Source: Gammaproteobacteria bacterium
GTDB lineage: Bacteria > Pseudomonadota > Gammaproteobacteria > Acidiferrobacterales > UBA6901
Assembly: GCA_028068195.1 (NCBI GenBank)
Contig: JAPTTX010000030.1
Location: forward strand, 26,231-90,230
Length of the DNA stretch: 64,000 nt
Direction of reading: 5' to 3'
In this document: positions 62,851 through 64,000 of the stretch, in pieces
Position numbering within the stretch: position 1 is the first letter of the stretch
Layout: every line of letters begins with the position of its first letter
Notes under the pieces: generated by a model
What the model saw: the letters and a program-made list of their open reading frames with translations, nothing else
Databases searched by the model: none
Told to the model about the DNA's origin: nothing
Position numbers and translations under genes: made by a program

Positions 62851-63111
62851 TTCGGCCCCAAATCCTGGTCAGACGCGATCCACCAAGCCTCCCGGGCTAA
62901 TTTGTGGTGCCGAAATGAACCCTAATCATCAAAGGGTGGCGTTGGGCATGGATCTTGCTGCTTTCTAGGATTGCCAGCCGGGAGATGCGAATACGTGCCC
63001 GAGACAGGCTGGGCCCGAGGTGTTTGGGGCACGGGAACCTTGCCGGCGCCGGCGAGGTGTCGCTGCATTTGTCCTGGGCAATACCAAATTCAAATTGAAG
63101 AAGGAAACATC

Positions 63112-64000
63112 TTGCAGCAGATTTCCTCAAGCAAGGCGGGCCGGGCTGACGCAGAGGCGATCTTCATCACGGCCGGCGCGGGGACATCAGTGACTGCTCA
63201 TCCCGACCGCCCACAAGGGTCGGGCGGCGTCACGTCTTCCGGACTTGTCATGCGGCTTTGGCTGCTAGGCGTGGTCTTGATGTTGGCGATCCTGGCCGCT
63301 TCAGGCTGGAACGAATGGGGAGCAGTCCAGCGTAACGCCTGGTCCCTGCTGCAAGCCTATGCCGGCGAGTATGCTGCTGGCTTCCGCAGCCTTCTGATGA
63401 TTCGCGCCGACGAGCTTCACAATGCCGATCAGGAGCTGCGCAAGGCGGCGCCAGCGCAGCGAAGCCGGATTCTCAGGAGCCTGTTGCAAGCAAGCCCCAA
63501 TGCGCGCAATGTCCTGCTGGTCAATGGCGACGGCCATCCCGTCGCTGAGGTCGGTGTGCCGTGGACATATCCGGCCCTCGACGCGCGACTCACGCGAAAA
63601 ACCCGATCTGCCTGGACCAGCTGTGCCCCGGGTGTGATCGACTGCCTGGCCCCTCCTGTGCCGGACCCGGATCATCCCGACCGCTACCTTGTTGCCGACA
63701 TGCATCATCTTATGCGGCCTCTGGGTACCGCACAGTGGTTGGTACTGGTGCATCCGCAGAATTTTCCCCTGCCGGTCACAAGTTTGCGACGCGTGTATCC
63801 ACGAGCAGTCGTGGCGCTGCTGCGCACATCTGATCACCTTCTGCAGATGCGGAATCCGGTGCCAACCAAGGTCGGCTATGGTTACCCCCAAACGGGCATC
63901 GTGGTAAAGATGTTGCGCCGCGATTCCGATGCCTCGGTGGTTACATACTCAGGAAGCCAGACCGCTACCGGCAGCCGGGTTGTCGGCGCATTTGCCCGAG
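63112..64000 (+). CDS. Membrane-anchored periplasmic sensor-domain protein, N-terminal part (3' end outside the window)
   Basis: I read this frame by hand as open from 63112 to the window end. It is absent from the ORF track, presumably because it has no stop. The TM helix is 'MRLWLLGVVLMLAILAAS', and G/C is favoured at third positions. The TTG at 63112 is preceded by AAGGAA; the alternative start is the ATG at 63250. Confidence 0.55.
   Translation, partial: MQQISSSKAGRADAEAIFITAGAGTSVTAHPDRPQGSGGVTSSGLVMRLWLLGVVLMLAILAASGWNEWGAVQRNAWSLLQAYAGEYAAGFRSLLMIRADELHNADQELRKAAPAQRSRILRSLLQASPNARNVLLVNGDGHPVAEVGVPWTYPALDARLTRKTRSAWTSCAPGVIDCLAPPVPDPDHPDRYLVADMHHLMRPLGTAQWLVLVHPQNFPLPVTSLRRVYPRAVVALLRTSDHLLQMRNPVPTKVGYGYPQTGIVVKMLRRDSDASVVTYSGSQTATGSRVVGAFAR

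Noticed and set aside
63026-63045. GGCACG-N6-TTGCC resembling a sigma54 promoter upstream of the 3'-edge sensor gene
   Set aside because: The GG-to-GC spacing is two nucleotides too long for a functional -24/-12 element.
62897-63130. 77-aa minus-strand ORF
   Set aside because: No SD, an odd composition, and it overlaps the probable 5' region of the sensor gene.
63301-63891. 196-aa minus-strand ORF listed in the track
   Set aside because: The opposite strand carries a frame open from 63112 to the window end, with a TM helix and better third-position G/C bias. The minus ORF is most likely its shadow.
1-64000. CRISPR arrays, tRNA/rRNA genes, IS elements, integrases, prophage or classical defence-system genes
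   Set aside because: I found no regularly spaced repeats, no cloverleaf-like intergenic segments, and no transposase, integrase, restriction, toxin or nuclease-like translations on either strand.

Overview
This is a high-GC (by eye about two-thirds G+C) bacterial chromosomal segment, densely coded on both strands. I saw no rRNA, tRNA, CRISPR array, transposase or integrase. Local gene order looks gammaproteobacterial: hemH-thiD-thiE-hemL, cytochrome c4 divergent from engB, polA next to LOG/DUF2782/thrB, and tesA divergent from ybbA-ybbP. That taxonomic reading is inference.

Content, left to right:
- ABC ATPase 3' end and a COG4280-like membrane protein.
- A large PAS/GAF/GGDEF/EAL c-di-GMP protein.
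- An orphan KAS III gene, followed by a 7TM protein with a degenerate sigma54-activator module and a Fis HTH.
- ygjP/rubredoxin, haem and thiamine genes, cytochrome c4, engB, polA, LOG, thrB, an HDAC-like gene, a GGDEF gene and uvrD.
- A degenerate-GGDEF/PilZ pair, then modABC.
- An ArsR-rhodanese-associated cluster built around an ArsS-like radical SAM/Cys-rich enzyme.
- A TlpA-like thioredoxin.
- A beta-oxidation operon, then prmB, an OYE flavoenzyme, tesA/ybbAP, exbBD and a partial sensor gene at the 3' edge.

Most unusual observation: one uninterrupted 2434-codon ORF (42090..49394) joins six modules in a single polypeptide. These are a FixC/YdiS-like ETF:quinone oxidoreductase, a FixX/YdiT-like ferredoxin, a degenerate acyl-CoA dehydrogenase (ACAD) module, a catalytic ACAD module, EtfB and EtfA. 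It is followed directly by fadI-like, fadJ-like and acyl-CoA synthetase genes.

Second candidate: the minus-strand cluster 33393..39837 (fatty-acid hydroxylase, DedA/TVP38-rhodanese fusion, class II amidotransferase, FAD disulfide reductase, radical SAM/Cys-rich enzyme, C_GCAxxG_C_C protein). It lies divergent from an ArsR-rhodanese regulator, with a perfect 12-6-12 palindrome between them.

All functional calls come from motif recognition by eye in the supplied translations. No searches were run.
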